The notes below the pieces were generated by a model. The model saw only the letters and a program-made list of their open reading frames with translations. It had not been told where the DNA came from and did not search any database. From positions 1,920,001-1,984,000 of the forward strand of contig OY759974.1 in NCBI GenBank assembly GCA_963662945.1: a stretch of DNA of 64,000 bases, written 5' to 3'. The first letter of the stretch is position 1. The number at the start of each line of letters is the position of its first letter. Both the position numbers and the translations under genes were made by a program. Source of the DNA: Arcobacteraceae bacterium. GTDB lineage: Bacteria > Campylobacterota > Campylobacteria > Campylobacterales > Arcobacteraceae. This document shows, in pieces, positions 43,172-54,101 of the stretch.

Positions 43172-45169
43172 TTAAAAGCTTGCCCATTCATCATCGTCAC
43201 TCTTAGAAGCTTTAATAGGTTCTATTTGTTTAGATGGTTTAGATTGTGATACAGGTTTTGGTGTATCGTGTTTTGGTGTTGTAGATTTTGTTTCTACTGG
43301 TTTAGTTGGTATAGAATGTTGATTATCCATTACTTTAGCTTTTACAGTATTTTTACCAATAAATTCTTTTGTATTAGCATCACTTACAACTAATTTTGCA
43401 ATCTTATCTGTATCTAATGCAACATCATGAGTTTGAGAAGCTATCATTGCATTTTGTTGTGTTTGTTGGTCTAAAGAGTTAACTGCATCATTGATTTGTT
43501 CAATTCCTGTAAGTTGTTCTTTACTTGCCATCTCTACATCTTTGATTAAATCTATTGTTTTAGTGATGTTTTCATTAAGTGCTGTATATCCACTTATCAT
43601 CTCATCTGAGATTTTTTTACCACTGTTTGCTTTTTCTGTTGCATTTTGAACTAGAGCTTTAATCTCATTTGCTGCTTCAGCACTTCTTGAAGCTAAGTTT
43701 CTAACTTCTTGAGCAACTACGGCAAATCCTTTTCCAGCTTCCCCTGCAGTTGCAGCTTCAACTGCTGCATTTAAACTTAAAATATTTGTTTGGAATGCAA
43801 TTTGATCAATAACTGTAATTGCTTCATTGATTGCATTTACCTCTTTATCTATCTCATTCATAGCTTGTGTTGTTTGATTTGCTAATGCTTCACCTTTTGA
43901 AGCTGATTCTGTTACATTTGAAGCTAGTTTAGACATTTGTACAATATTAGATGTATTACTAGATATATTACCTGTAATCTCTTCTAGAGCTGCTGCTGTT
44001 TCTTCTAGTGCTGCTGCTGCTTCATTTGAGTTTTGGTTTAGGATATCTACATTTTTAAGTAATATATCACTACTATTATCTAATGTTAAACCGTTTGCTT
44101 TATTTTCTATTAACATAGCTGTAACTGCATCACCAAGTGTATTTACACCACTTGCAAGTTTTAGAAGATGTTCTTTAATACCATCTGTTTTTACTCTACT
44201 CATATAATTACTATGTGAATATTGTTCTAATACATCTAATACATTATCAATATTTGTTTCAACATTATTAGCCATTTGATTTAATAGTTTAGTTAACTCT
44301 TGTAATGCTGGGTTATTACTTTGTGTACTTACTCTTTTACATAAGTCACCTTGTTCAAATTCACTTAAAACGGTAATAGTATCGTTGATAACTTGTCTAT
44401 CTTCTTCTATGCCTTTTTTAGTCTTAATAATATTTTCATTAACTACTTTTGCCATCTCTCCAAATTCATCTTTTGCTGAATCATTTAATAAATTTGTATC
44501 TTGTGTTTCTCTATTGAGATAAGAGAAGAAAGAATTTAATCCAATACTAAATTCTTTAATAGAATTTACAATCATTGATGAGATTAGAATAGATATAATA
44601 ATAAATACAACTACTACAACAATTGAGATAATAAGTAAAACATTATTCAATTCATTTGCTGCTTCATTTTTTAATTGTATAGCACTATGATTAATTTGAG
44701 CTAATTTCTTTTCTAAAATAAGACCCGTATTTGCCATTTTACTAATGATTGCAGATATCTCTTTTGATTCTTTATCTATTCCATTGGCATGTTCGTCTAT
44801 TCGTAACTGTGCAAAATCATCAAAATATTTTATATAGCTTTGAGATAATGATAAAATTTCATCACATAAATCTCTATTGTCTTTTAAACTTAAATGAGGT
44901 TTTAATGTAGATACTTGATTATCTAAAACATTAAAATCTTTTCGCACTTGATCTGCTTTTTGAGTATTTGGTATTCGTAAAAATTGATAAACTGAGATTC
45001 GTCCTTTAAGTATTTGTTGTATAAAGACATCAGTTTGTGAAGCTGCTGCAACACGGTTATTTACCAAGGTGTTGTAGTGCATAAACACTCCACTTAAAAC
45101 GAGCATAACTAAAATAATTAACACAGGGAAACTCAATAACTTATTTTTTGTTGACAAATTTTTAAACAT
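43172..45169 (-). CDS. Methyl-accepting chemotaxis protein
   Basis: Two TMs, HAMP-like region, [35 protein letters not shown]-terminal pentapeptide EWASF. Confidence 0.95.
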   Translation of the reverse strand: MFKNLSTKNKLLSFPVLIILVMLVLSGVFMHYNTLVNNRVAAASQTDVFIQQILKGRISVYQFLRIPNTQKADQVRKDFNVLDNQVSTLKPHLSLKDNRDLCDEILSLSQSYIKYFDDFAQLRIDEHANGIDKESKEISAIISKMANTGLILEKKLAQINHSAIQLKNEAANELNNVLLIISIVVVVVFIIISILISSMIVNSIKEFSIGLNSFFSYLNRETQDTNLLNDSAKDEFGEMAKVVNENIIKTKKGIEEDRQVINDTITVLSEFEQGDLCKRVSTQSNNPALQELTKLLNQMANNVETNIDNVLDVLEQYSHSNYMSRVKTDGIKEHLLKLASGVNTLGDAVTAMLIENKANGLTLDNSSDILLKNVDILNQNSNEAAAALEETAAALEEITGNISSNTSNIVQMSKLASNVTESASKGEALANQTTQAMNEIDKEVNAINEAITVIDQIAFQTNILSLNAAVEAATAGEAGKGFAVVAQEVRNLASRSAEAANEIKALVQNATEKANSGKKISDEMISGYTALNENITKTIDLIKDVEMASKEQLTGIEQINDAVNSLDQQTQQNAMIASQTHDVALDTDKIAKLVVSDANTKEFIGKNTVKAKVMDNQHSIPTKPVETKSTTPKHDTPKPVSQSKPSKQIEPIKASKSDDDEWASF

Positions 45170-45222
45170 TCAACATCTCCTTACAATATTTTGCTACGAA
45201 TATTATAGAAAAAGATTATTTC

Positions 45223-45918
45223 TTAAAAATTTCCTTTTAGTTTATAACCAACATTATAAATAGAATCAAAGAGATTACAAGAAAGTTTTGTTTTGAGTTT
45301 TGAAAATATTATTCTTAGTTTATTGGGATTATATGTATCTTCATCATCTTCCCAAATATAGTTTAAAATATCTTCATTTGAAAATATTTTTTGTTTATTT
45401 TCACAAAAAAGTTCTATAAGTAAAAATTCTTTTTTTGTTAGTTTGATTTGTTTTTTAGTTTTAGAATAAAGTTGTTTTGTAACTTTATCCCAATAATAAC
45501 CAGAATCAAGAGGTATAATATTTTCAATAAGTTGATTTTTTTTCAGTTTACAAATAGCTTCTGAAAGTATATCTTCTAGTTCAAAAGTTTTTATTGGTTT
45601 TATAAGATATTTCATAAGATTTAATTCTATAGCATCTAACAATTTTTCTGTATCTGAATAAGCTGTTAGCATAATTAGTAGAATGTTATCATTATCTTTT
45701 CTAATTTTATTTGCGACTTTAAGTCCATTGATTTTTGGAATATTGATATCTATTATTGCTATGTCAGGTCTATAAAGTGAATACTTTTCTATGGCTTCTT
45801 CCCCATCAGCTGCAGCATAAACATTTTGGAAATATAATTTAAATAATTTTGTATATTTATCTCGTAAACTTTCATCATCTTCTACATATAAAATTGAAAA
45901 GTTATTTTGAGAGATCAT
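45223..45918 (-). CDS. OmpR-family response regulator
   Basis: LYVEDD, DINIP..NG, YLIKP, winged-helix C-terminus. Confidence 0.9.
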   Translation of the reverse strand: MISQNNFSILYVEDDESLRDKYTKLFKLYFQNVYAAADGEEAIEKYSLYRPDIAIIDINIPKINGLKVANKIRKDNDNILLIMLTAYSDTEKLLDAIELNLMKYLIKPIKTFELEDILSEAICKLKKNQLIENIIPLDSGYYWDKVTKQLYSKTKKQIKLTKKEFLLIELFCENKQKIFSNEDILNYIWEDDEDTYNPNKLRIIFSKLKTKLSCNLFDSIYNVGYKLKGNF

Positions 45919-47380
45919 TTTGAATCCTTATGGTGAATTTTACACCTTGATTGTAATTGGTTACAAAAATATTACCTTTAAAATGTTGAGTTAAAATCTT
46001 TTTTGCAATATAAAGACCAAGTCCACTTGCAGCTTTTTTATTTTTTGTAGAAAAGTATAAATCAAACACTTTAGAAATATATTTTTGTGGTATTCCTCCT
46101 CCATTGTCAGATATTTCAATAAAAGTAAATTGATTGTTATCATATGTTTTGATTGTAATATTTGGATTAGTGATATTATTTGCATTAAAAATATCAATTG
46201 AATTTGAAATAATAGATAAAATCACTTGTTGAAAAAGTGTTAAGTATCCATTTATATGACCACGGCTTTCGTAACTTAAGTGTAAATGAATATGGTTCAT
46301 AGATGGATTAATAATACTAATACAGTGTTCTATAGCATCATTAACAATAAAATTTTTGGCTTCTGTTTCTGGTACGAAAAAGTTACTAAAATCATCTATT
46401 GTTTGTGATAAATACTGTGTAGTATTTTCTATAGAATTAATTTTGTTTTTTAAATTATTTTCATCTAGAGAACCATTTTTTTGTTCTAAATACATATCCA
46501 AAGTAATAGAGTTGATTTGGGATAATGGTTGTCTCCATTGGTGAGAAATCATATTAATTAGTTCACCAATTACTACCATTTTTGATTGATGATAAATGAT
46601 TTCATTTTTTTGTATATTTTCTTGTTCTGAAATAAGTATTTTATTTTTATAAGCAGTAAAAATATTTTCAATACTTTTTGAAAGTAATAAAAGTATACTA
46701 CTTAAAATAACTGTAATTGCAATAGTTATAATAATCAGTTCTGTTAAATATTTGTGATGTTCTTGTTTTAAACTTACTATTTTTTCATCAATTGTAGTTT
46801 GTACATCGCTTGGATGAAAACCATATCCTATAGCCCAATTCCAAGGTTTAAAGCTTTTAATATAAGAAATTTTTAGTGTTTCTCCTATATGTGTGCCAGA
46901 GATAGCAATATAGGAAATATAACCTTCCCCTTTTTTTGCAGTTTCTATAATTTGTTTCGTAACATGTGTCCCTTTTTTATCAGTTAAATTGATTTGATTT
47001 TCTGAGAGCAAACTTTGTTTGATATTAATAAGAAAATTACCATCATAATCTACGATAAAGATATAACCATTTTTATCATATTCTATAGAACTAATAAGTT
47101 CTAAAATATTTTTTTGTATTTGCTCTTCAGATAATTGATATTCGGTTTTATTTTCATTATATTCAATTTCAATTATTTTGACTATTTTATTAACTTCTTT
47201 TTTTATTAACTCTTTATTGAGATTAATATAATCATTTTTTACATTTACTGTTTCTCGTTCGAGTTGTTTCTTGTGAGAATTTATTATTATTGTAGTAATA
47301 ACAATAGAAAATAAAATAAATACTACAATAGGTATAATACTCATATTTCTAAGTAAATTAGTTTCGTTGTATAATTTCAT
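45902..47380 (-). CDS. Cache-domain sensor histidine kinase
   Basis: GYIFIVDYDG, KISYIKSFKPWNWAIGYG, ISHQWRQP, DNGGG; overlaps its response regulator. Confidence 0.9.
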   Translation of the reverse strand: MKLYNETNLLRNMSIIPIVVFILFSIVITTIIINSHKKQLERETVNVKNDYINLNKELIKKEVNKIVKIIEIEYNENKTEYQLSEEQIQKNILELISSIEYDKNGYIFIVDYDGNFLINIKQSLLSENQINLTDKKGTHVTKQIIETAKKGEGYISYIAISGTHIGETLKISYIKSFKPWNWAIGYGFHPSDVQTTIDEKIVSLKQEHHKYLTELIIITIAITVILSSILLLLSKSIENIFTAYKNKILISEQENIQKNEIIYHQSKMVVIGELINMISHQWRQPLSQINSITLDMYLEQKNGSLDENNLKNKINSIENTTQYLSQTIDDFSNFFVPETEAKNFIVNDAIEHCISIINPSMNHIHLHLSYESRGHINGYLTLFQQVILSIISNSIDIFNANNITNPNITIKTYDNNQFTFIEISDNGGGIPQKYISKVFDLYFSTKNKKAASGLGLYIAKKILTQHFKGNIFVTNYNQGVKFTIRIQNDLSK

Positions 47381-47455
47381 AGAAAAATTATAACACTATT
47401 TATGTAAAGAGGTGTTGAGTAGTGGGAATATTACAGATAACTAAAAAAAGGTCTT

Positions 47456-48841
47456 TTAATCTTCTTGTAGTTTGATAGTAAAAGTTGAACCTTCATTTTC
47501 GACACTTTGAATGTCTAATTTAAATTTATGGAATTTAACAATATTTGATACCAAAGATAATCCTACACCTAAAGAGTTATTCCAAGTGTTATTTGATACA
47601 CGATAAAATTTATTTGTAATTTTTTGGATATCTTTTTGTTTTATACCTATTCCATTATCTTTAACACTTATCTCTTTTTCTGTAATAACGACAAAAACAT
47701 CATCTTGAGAATATTTTAAACCATTTTCTATTAAATTTTCAATAGCTATACGTATCATAGTTTCATCTGCATCAATTTTAATATCATCAGCTTCCAAATA
47801 TATCTCTCTTGATGGATAGGAGATTTTTAAATCATCGATTATAGCCTTTGTTACTTTTACTAAATCTACTTTTGTAAAATTTTTTACCTGTTTACCATCT
47901 TCTAATTTAAGAGTTAAGCGAAGCCTATCAATCATAGTTGTTAACTTATCTGAGTTAGATGATATTTTTTTAAGAAATTTTTCTCGTATTGTTGGATTAA
48001 TATCTTCATCTTCAAGAAGCGTTTGAGTATATCCACTAATTACTGCAATAGGATTTTTAAATTCATGGGAAATTGCAGAGATGATATCATCTTTTTGTCT
48101 ATTTGAAAGTTTTAATTTTGCAGTATACTTAGATTTTTGTTTCTCTTTTTTCATCAATGTTTTAGAAACTTCACTTAAAACTTGCGTTATTTTATGAAAC
48201 TCATAAGAATAGTTTGATTCTATCTTTGTATCTTTGTTTTGTTTTGCAAGATTATTTAAAAATTCCAAAATTTCTGTAGTCTCATATTCTACTTTTTTAC
48301 TAATATATCGCGCAACCCAAAAAGCAATAGCAATAAAAAAAAGAAATAAAATTCCAATTTTTATTGAAAGATAAAAAAACTCTTGATTGATTTGTTCAAT
48401 ATCTCTAGCCATTCTAATATAATAATCTTCACCATGAAGTGTAAATTTTTTTGAAACATATAAAAGTTTTTTGTTGAGTGTGTCAGATTTTCGAATAATT
48501 GAACCATATTCTTGATATTTTGAATTGATAACTTCAGCTCTATCTGAATGATTTTCCATTAATGTTTTATCTTCATCACTCTCTCCAATAACTACACCAT
48601 TTTTATTTATAATAGTAACTCTTAGGGCAATTGAGTGTTTGATATCTGCAACTATTTGATCAACATCGTTAAAGTCTTTAATACCAAGTGAAAGTATATT
48701 TATATTATGAAGAAGGTCAATCTTGGTTTGTTCTATATAAATATTTTTTATCCATATATAAACTACTATTCCTAAAATTAAAAAGATTGTTCCAAAAAGT
48801 ATTATAAATTTTCTTAGGAATATATCATGGAGTCTAAGCAA
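47456..48841 (-). CDS. phoR: PhoR-like sensor histidine kinase
   Basis: MENHSDRAEV, ISHEFKNP, ENGLKYS, KDNGIG; follows phoU-phoB; TTG 48841 has RBS AAGGA (track start 48856). Confidence 0.8.
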   Translation of the reverse strand: MLRLHDIFLRKFIILFGTIFLILGIVVYIWIKNIYIEQTKIDLLHNINILSLGIKDFNDVDQIVADIKHSIALRVTIINKNGVVIGESDEDKTLMENHSDRAEVINSKYQEYGSIIRKSDTLNKKLLYVSKKFTLHGEDYYIRMARDIEQINQEFFYLSIKIGILFLFFIAIAFWVARYISKKVEYETTEILEFLNNLAKQNKDTKIESNYSYEFHKITQVLSEVSKTLMKKEKQKSKYTAKLKLSNRQKDDIISAISHEFKNPIAVISGYTQTLLEDEDINPTIREKFLKKISSNSDKLTTMIDRLRLTLKLEDGKQVKNFTKVDLVKVTKAIIDDLKISYPSREIYLEADDIKIDADETMIRIAIENLIENGLKYSQDDVFVVITEKEISVKDNGIGIKQKDIQKITNKFYRVSNNTWNNSLGVGLSLVSNIVKFHKFKLDIQSVENEGSTFTIKLQED

Positions 48842-49505
48842 AAATGTATCCTTCACCTCGTACAGATTTTATATATTCTTTTTCCCCTGTTGGGTCAATT
48901 TTTTCTTTTAGTCGTTTAATTGCAACATTTACAGTTTTTGATTTTACATCTGTAAAATCTTCCCATACATTTTGAAGAAGTACCTCTCGACTTAATAAAA
49001 CATCTTTATTTTTAAAAAATTCTAACAATAAGTCATGTTCAAGATGTGTAAGATTTATCTCTTTATCTGCAATAAAAAATTTTTTTTGACTTGCTTTATA
49101 AACAATATCTTTGATTTTTTCTATTTCAACATCTTTTGTAGATCTTTTAATAACAGCATTTACTCTAGCTTTGAGAACTTCTAGATTAAAAGGTTTTGTA
49201 ATATAATCATCAGCACCTCTACTAAAGCCTTCAAGGATATCTTCCTCTCTATCTTTAGCAGTTAAATAAATTACAGGATGATTATATCCTTTTTCTCTAA
49301 TGCTTTTTATGAATAAACTTCCTTCAATATTTGGAAGGTTTCTGTCCATAATTATAAGACTAATATCTTCTTCTTCTAATAATTGTTCAACAAGTTTTGT
49401 ATCTAAGCAAGATATAACATCATGACCATCTTTTGTCAATGTATACTCTATTAAGTCTAAGATATCTTGTTCATCTTCAACAACTAAAATAGTACTATCT
49501 TGCAT
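48834..49505 (-). CDS. phoB: PhoB-like OmpR-family response regulator
   Basis: VVEDE, MDRNLP, GADDYITKPF, TVNVAIKRL, SVRGEGY; pst/phoU context. Confidence 0.85.
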   Translation of the reverse strand: MQDSTILVVEDEQDILDLIEYTLTKDGHDVISCLDTKLVEQLLEEEDISLIIMDRNLPNIEGSLFIKSIREKGYNHPVIYLTAKDREEDILEGFSRGADDYITKPFNLEVLKARVNAVIKRSTKDVEIEKIKDIVYKASQKKFFIADKEINLTHLEHDLLLEFFKNKDVLLSREVLLQNVWEDFTDVKSKTVNVAIKRLKEKIDPTGEKEYIKSVRGEGYIFA

Positions 49506-49542
49506 TAATAATCCTTTTTTATATAATTATAGCAAGTTAATA

Positions 49543-50205
49543 TTATACTTGGTGTATCTCACCACCATTGTTTGCAAATAATAATAAGCTAGCAATACTA
49601 ATAGCTCTATCTGCCACTTTTTCACTTTTTCTAAGTGAAGAAAGCATTTGGTGATATCGTGAAAAGTTATCTGCTTTATCTGCTTGTTTGATTAATGTAT
49701 TTTCAATCATTTCATATAAATCATCAGTTTTATTTTCAGCGATTAATACTTTATTAAAATGTTCTTGAATCTCATCTACACAATCAATATCAAACATTTT
49801 AACAGCAAACTCCAAAGCTTCAACTGTAGATTTTTGCATTGGTATTGCATATTCATTAATAGTTTTTATATCAACTTTTTTACAAACTTCTTGAAACCCT
49901 TTTATAAAACTTCTTGTATTAGAACAAGCTCTCACTAACTCGTTTGTAATTTTTAAATAAGAGACCATCGTTCGTAAATCTTTAGCTTCTGGTGCATGAA
50001 GTGCTAATGTTGTTATAATATCATTATCAATTTCATTTGTTTTATTACTTGTATTTTTTATAGCTAATTTAGCTTCGTTAAATTTATCTAGTTTACAATC
50101 TTTTAATGCATTAATAATAATGATATTTGCTTCAATAAGATTATGTCCAATCTCTTTAATGTTTTTTTTAATTTCATCAAGTTTTTCTTTATAATTTACT
50201 AACAT
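49543..50205 (-). CDS. phoU: Phosphate signalling protein PhoU
   Basis: LALHAPEAKDLR, ENKTDDLY, EKVADRA; ATG 50205 after AAGGA. Confidence 0.85.
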   Translation of the reverse strand: MLVNYKEKLDEIKKNIKEIGHNLIEANIIIINALKDCKLDKFNEAKLAIKNTSNKTNEIDNDIITTLALHAPEAKDLRTMVSYLKITNELVRACSNTRSFIKGFQEVCKKVDIKTINEYAIPMQKSTVEALEFAVKMFDIDCVDEIQEHFNKVLIAENKTDDLYEMIENTLIKQADKADNFSRYHQMLSSLRKSEKVADRAISIASLLLFANNGGEIHQV

Positions 50206-50215
50206 ATTTTTCCTT

Positions 50216-50983
50216 TTATCCAAATCTTCCAGTGATATAGTCTTCTGTCTTTTTCTCTTTTGGGTTTATAAATATTTTTTCTGTTTCATCATATTCTATT
50301 AAATCACCTAAATGGAAAAATGCTGTCATATCAGCTACCCTAGCTGCTTGTTGCATATTATGAGTAACTGTTACAATCGTATAGTCTTTTTTTAGTTCTA
50401 ACATAAGTGCTTCAATTTTTTCTGTACTAATTGGATCTAGTGCTGAAGTTGGTTCATCCATCAAAATAATATCTGGTTGTACTGCAATAGTTCTAGCTAT
50501 ACAAAGTCGTTGTTGTTGTCCACCACTTAGACCTGTCCCTGGTTCTTTTAAGATATCTTTTACCTCTTCCCAAATACCAGCACCTCTGAGTGATTTTTCA
50601 ACAAGTTCATCACACTCCTTACCTTTTTTGACAAGACCATGTTTTAAAGGTGCATAAGCAACATTTTCATAAATAGACTTTGGAAATGGATTTGGTTGTT
50701 GAAATACCATACCAACTCTTTTTCGTACACTTACTTCATCAACATCTTTATCATATATATTTTTTTCATCAATTATAACTTGACCATCAACTCTTGCAGA
50801 ACTAACTAAGTCATTCATTCTATTTAAACATCTTAAAAATGTTGATTTCCCACACCCAGAAGGTCCTATAAGTGCGGTGATTTGGTTTTCATATATTTCA
50901 ATATTTAGACTATGAAGAGCATGTTTCTCTCCATACCAAAGGTTTAAATCTTTTACATCAATTTTTGTTTTATTTTTTCCCAT
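50216..50983 (-). CDS. pstB: Phosphate ABC transporter ATPase
   Basis: [39 protein letters not shown]. Confidence 0.97.
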   Translation of the reverse strand: MGKNKTKIDVKDLNLWYGEKHALHSLNIEIYENQITALIGPSGCGKSTFLRCLNRMNDLVSSARVDGQVIIDEKNIYDKDVDEVSVRKRVGMVFQQPNPFPKSIYENVAYAPLKHGLVKKGKECDELVEKSLRGAGIWEEVKDILKEPGTGLSGGQQQRLCIARTIAVQPDIILMDEPTSALDPISTEKIEALMLELKKDYTIVTVTHNMQQAARVADMTAFFHLGDLIEYDETEKIFINPKEKKTEDYITGRFG

Positions 50984-51013
50984 TTATACTACTTTTCTAA
51001 ATTTTTGTGTTGA

Positions 51014-51046
51014 ATTGTACAAATTATTAATTACAATATGGTTACA
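51014..51046 (-). promoter_or_regulatory. Candidate Pho box plus -10 for pstB-phoU
   Basis: Minus strand TGTAAC-catat-TGTAAT, 10 bp, TACAAT. Confidence 0.75.
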
Positions 51047-51171
51047 TCCATTTTTGCAATAAGACTTTGAAGACAAATTTGGCAATTTTTAAGAAAATTA
51101 TTATAGATAATAGTAATAAAATAAGTAACTATCCTATATTTTATGATTTACTTAACGGGAAGGTTTAAGAA

Positions 51172-51218
51172 TATGGATTGTACAATCCATACAATAAAAA
51201 AGTTACAAAATAGTTACA
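51172..51218 (+). promoter_or_regulatory. pit promoter: 20-bp palindrome containing TACAAT, then reverse-oriented Pho-box candidate
   Basis: TATGGATTGTACAATCCATA at 51172-51191; GTTACA-aaata-GTTACA at 51202-51218. Confidence 0.65.
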
Positions 51219-51232
51219 TTGATAAAAGGTAA

Positions 51233-52870
51233 ATGAATATGGAAATACATACAGTAAAGAAAATGGAAAAAGAGGCAATGAAAAGCAGTAGTTTTGATTT
51301 TATCAGACTAGGCTTTGCTCTTTTTTTTATGGTTGTTGTATTAAGTTATAGTTTTATTAATACAGGCGGTATTCCAAACAATGTATTTTTAGCAATAGCA
51401 GCACTTTTTGGTGCATATATGGCTATGAATATTGGTGCAAATGATGTTGCAAACAATGTAGGACCAGCTGTAGGTTCAAAAGCTTTAACAATGGGTGGTG
51501 CAATTGTTATTGCTGCTATTTTTGAAGCAAGTGGTGCATTAATTGCAGGTGGAGATGTTGTAAATACAATTAAAAAAGGTATTGTAGATATTTCTGCTTT
51601 TGGAAGTCATACTGATTCTTTTATCTGGGCTATGATGGCTGCACTTTTAGCAGCAGCTATTTGGTTAAATTTTGCAACTTATTTTAAAGCACCTGTTTCA
51701 ACTACACACTCAATAGTAGGTGGAGTTATGGGAGCTGGTATTGCAGCTGCAGGATTTAGTATTGTTGCTTGGGGTACAATGGGAAAAATTGTATTGTCTT
51801 GGATTATTTCACCTGTGTTAGGTGGAATTATTGCTGCATTGTTTCTTTTTGCTATTAAAAAGACTATGGTATATAAAGAAGATAAAATAAGTGCTGCTGT
51901 AACTTGGGTTCCAATATATGTAGCTATTATGTCTTGGGCTTTTGTAACATATATTACATTGAAAGGTTTAAAAAAAATATGGCCTACAATTGTAGATATT
52001 CTGATCTTTTTACCTGATAGTAAACAACCAACATTTTTAGTGGCTGCAACACTTGGGCTTGTAGTTGCAGTAGTTGTTTTTATCATTGTAAAGTCATCTG
52101 TAAATAAAAAGTCTTCAAGAATTAAAAACACAAGAGTTGGTGTTAATAGACTTTTTACAGTACCTCTAATTTTTGCTGCTGCACTTCTTAGTTTTGCACA
52201 TGGTGCAAATGATGTTGCAAATGCAATTGGACCATTAGCTGCAATTAATGATGCTGTTATGAGTGGTGGTATTTCTGCAAAAGCAGGTATACCATTATGG
52301 GTTATGGCTGTTGGTGCTATTGGTATTGCATTAGGACTTGCCTTGTATGGACCAAAACTTATAAGAACAGTTGGAAGTGAAATTACGGAGTTAGATCAAA
52401 TACGAGCATTTAGTGTTGCTATGGCTGCTGCTATTACTGTTATTATTGCTTCTCAGTTAGGATTGCCTGTATCTTCAACACATATTGCGATTGGTGGTAT
52501 TTTTGGAGTAGGTTTTTTAAGAGAGTATTTAACACAAGCAGAAAAATTTGATATAGTTGCAAAAGAGAAAGAGATAGTAGATGATGAGAAAAAGTTTTTA
52601 AAAGCTTTAAGTAGTGAACTCAAAACTTTAGAAGGTAAAAAAGATAAGAAAAAAGATGATTATGAAAGAATAGTTGTTTTATATAAAATGATAGATGAAG
52701 AAGAAGAAAAACTTAAAGAGGCAAAAAGACAGCTAAAAGATGCCGAAAAAATACAATATGTAAAAAGAGATGCAGTTAAAAAAATAGTTGCAGCTTGGAT
52801 TATTACAGTACCAGCAGCAGCTGTTCTTTCGGCAATGTTATATTTTATGATTAGAGGAATTGTTCTTTAA
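51233..52870 (+). CDS. PiT-family inorganic phosphate transporter
   Basis: GANDVAN twice, PVSTTH and PVSSTH, AWIITVP. Confidence 0.95.
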   Translation: MNMEIHTVKKMEKEAMKSSSFDFIRLGFALFFMVVVLSYSFINTGGIPNNVFLAIAALFGAYMAMNIGANDVANNVGPAVGSKALTMGGAIVIAAIFEASGALIAGGDVVNTIKKGIVDISAFGSHTDSFIWAMMAALLAAAIWLNFATYFKAPVSTTHSIVGGVMGAGIAAAGFSIVAWGTMGKIVLSWIISPVLGGIIAALFLFAIKKTMVYKEDKISAAVTWVPIYVAIMSWAFVTYITLKGLKKIWPTIVDILIFLPDSKQPTFLVAATLGLVVAVVVFIIVKSSVNKKSSRIKNTRVGVNRLFTVPLIFAAALLSFAHGANDVANAIGPLAAINDAVMSGGISAKAGIPLWVMAVGAIGIALGLALYGPKLIRTVGSEITELDQIRAFSVAMAAAITVIIASQLGLPVSSTHIAIGGIFGVGFLREYLTQAEKFDIVAKEKEIVDDEKKFLKALSSELKTLEGKKDKKKDDYERIVVLYKMIDEEEEKLKEAKRQLKDAEKIQYVKRDAVKKIVAAWIITVPAAAVLSAMLYFMIRGIVL

Positions 52871-52889
52871 TTGGATACTATTTTCAAAT

Positions 52890-52921
52890 AAAAAAGGGGT
52901 ACTTTGTGTACCCCTTTTTTT
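52890..52921. terminator. Bidirectional intrinsic terminator between pit and pstA
   Basis: AAAAAAGGGGTAC-TTTGT-GTACCCCTTTTTT. Confidence 0.9.
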
Positions 52922-54101
52922 ATTGCCATTTTACTTCAAATTTTTTTCGTAAATAAACGGCAAGTGCATTGAGTGATATAAGTATTGAGAGTAGTACTAA
53001 AATACCAGCAGCTGTTCTTTCAATATATGCTTTCTCTGGCATACCAGCCCAAGTAAATATTTGTGCTGGCATAACAGTTGCAGCATCCATAATAGAAGAT
53101 GGACTATCAGGAATAAATGCAATCATACCTACAATAATCAAAGGTGCAGTTTCACCCATAGCTTGTGCAAGACCAATAATAGAACCAGTCATTACTCCTG
53201 GAAATGCTAATGGTAAAACATGGTCTCTTACAACTTGTATTTTTGTTAATCCTAAACCGTAACCAGCTTGTCTAATACTCGCAGGAACACTTCTTAATGC
53301 AGCTCGTGAACTTACAATTATAATTGGTAACGTCATAAGTGCAAGTGTAAGACCACCAACTAAAGGAGAACTTCTTGGTAGACCAAACATATTGATAAAA
53401 ATAGATAAACCTAAAAGACCAAAAAGAATTGAAGGAATAGCCGCAAGATTGTTAATATTAATCTCAATTAAACTTGACCATCTACTATCTGGATTTGCAA
53501 ATTCCTCAAGATAAACAGCAGTCGCAACACCGATAGGAAAAGCAACAGCCATAGTAACTATCAGTGTAAATATTGAACCAATAATTGCAGATGCAAGTCC
53601 TGAATTTTCAGCTATTTTGCTATCTCCTTGAGTGAAAAATAGGGTATTAAATCTTTTTTCAACTCTATCATTGTCAATTAAGCCTTTTAAAGTTTTTAAG
53701 TCTTTGTTTGAAAGTTTATAATATTGTTGTTTCATATACATATCAACTTGGTCATCAGCTAAAATCCAAAGAAGTTGTTTTGTCCCCATAAGTGATGGGT
53801 CTTTTTTTGCATTCATTGGTATATCTCTGATTGCAGAACGACTTACTAGGTTAAGATATTTTCGTTCAATTGCTTTTCTGTAACTTTGAATACTTGCTTC
53901 ATTGTATGTTACTTCAACTTGAATATATGTTTGCATAAAAGCACTCTTACCTTTTGCAACCATATCACTTAAAAATATTGCTAAAAAGATTAATGATAAA
54001 ACAAGCGCACCTAAAGAGAGTCCTTTAAATACTTTTGCTTTTCTGTGTCTTTTTGCTAATGTTGGATCGTAGAATACATTATTATTGTTTGTGTTTTTCA
54101 T
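52920..54101 (-). CDS. pstA: Phosphate ABC transporter permease PstA
   Basis: NINNLAAIPSILFGLLG, LAQAMGETAPL. Confidence 0.93.
   Translation of the reverse strand: MKNTNNNNVFYDPTLAKRHRKAKVFKGLSLGALVLSLIFLAIFLSDMVAKGKSAFMQTYIQVEVTYNEASIQSYRKAIERKYLNLVSRSAIRDIPMNAKKDPSLMGTKQLLWILADDQVDMYMKQQYYKLSNKDLKTLKGLIDNDRVEKRFNTLFFTQGDSKIAENSGLASAIIGSIFTLIVTMAVAFPIGVATAVYLEEFANPDSRWSSLIEININNLAAIPSILFGLLGLSIFINMFGLPRSSPLVGGLTLALMTLPIIIVSSRAALRSVPASIRQAGYGLGLTKIQVVRDHVLPLAFPGVMTGSIIGLAQAMGETAPLIIVGMIAFIPDSPSSIMDAATVMPAQIFTWAGMPEKAYIERTAAGILVLLSILISLNALAVYLRKKFEVKWQ

Noticed and set aside
49506-49560. Pho box upstream of phoB
   Set aside because: A -10 is present but the positions 10 bp upstream match the repeat poorly
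52520-52780. Charged coiled-coil insert in PiT
   Set aside because: Similar inserts are recalled in Campylobacter/Helicobacter PiT homologs, so probably a lineage trait
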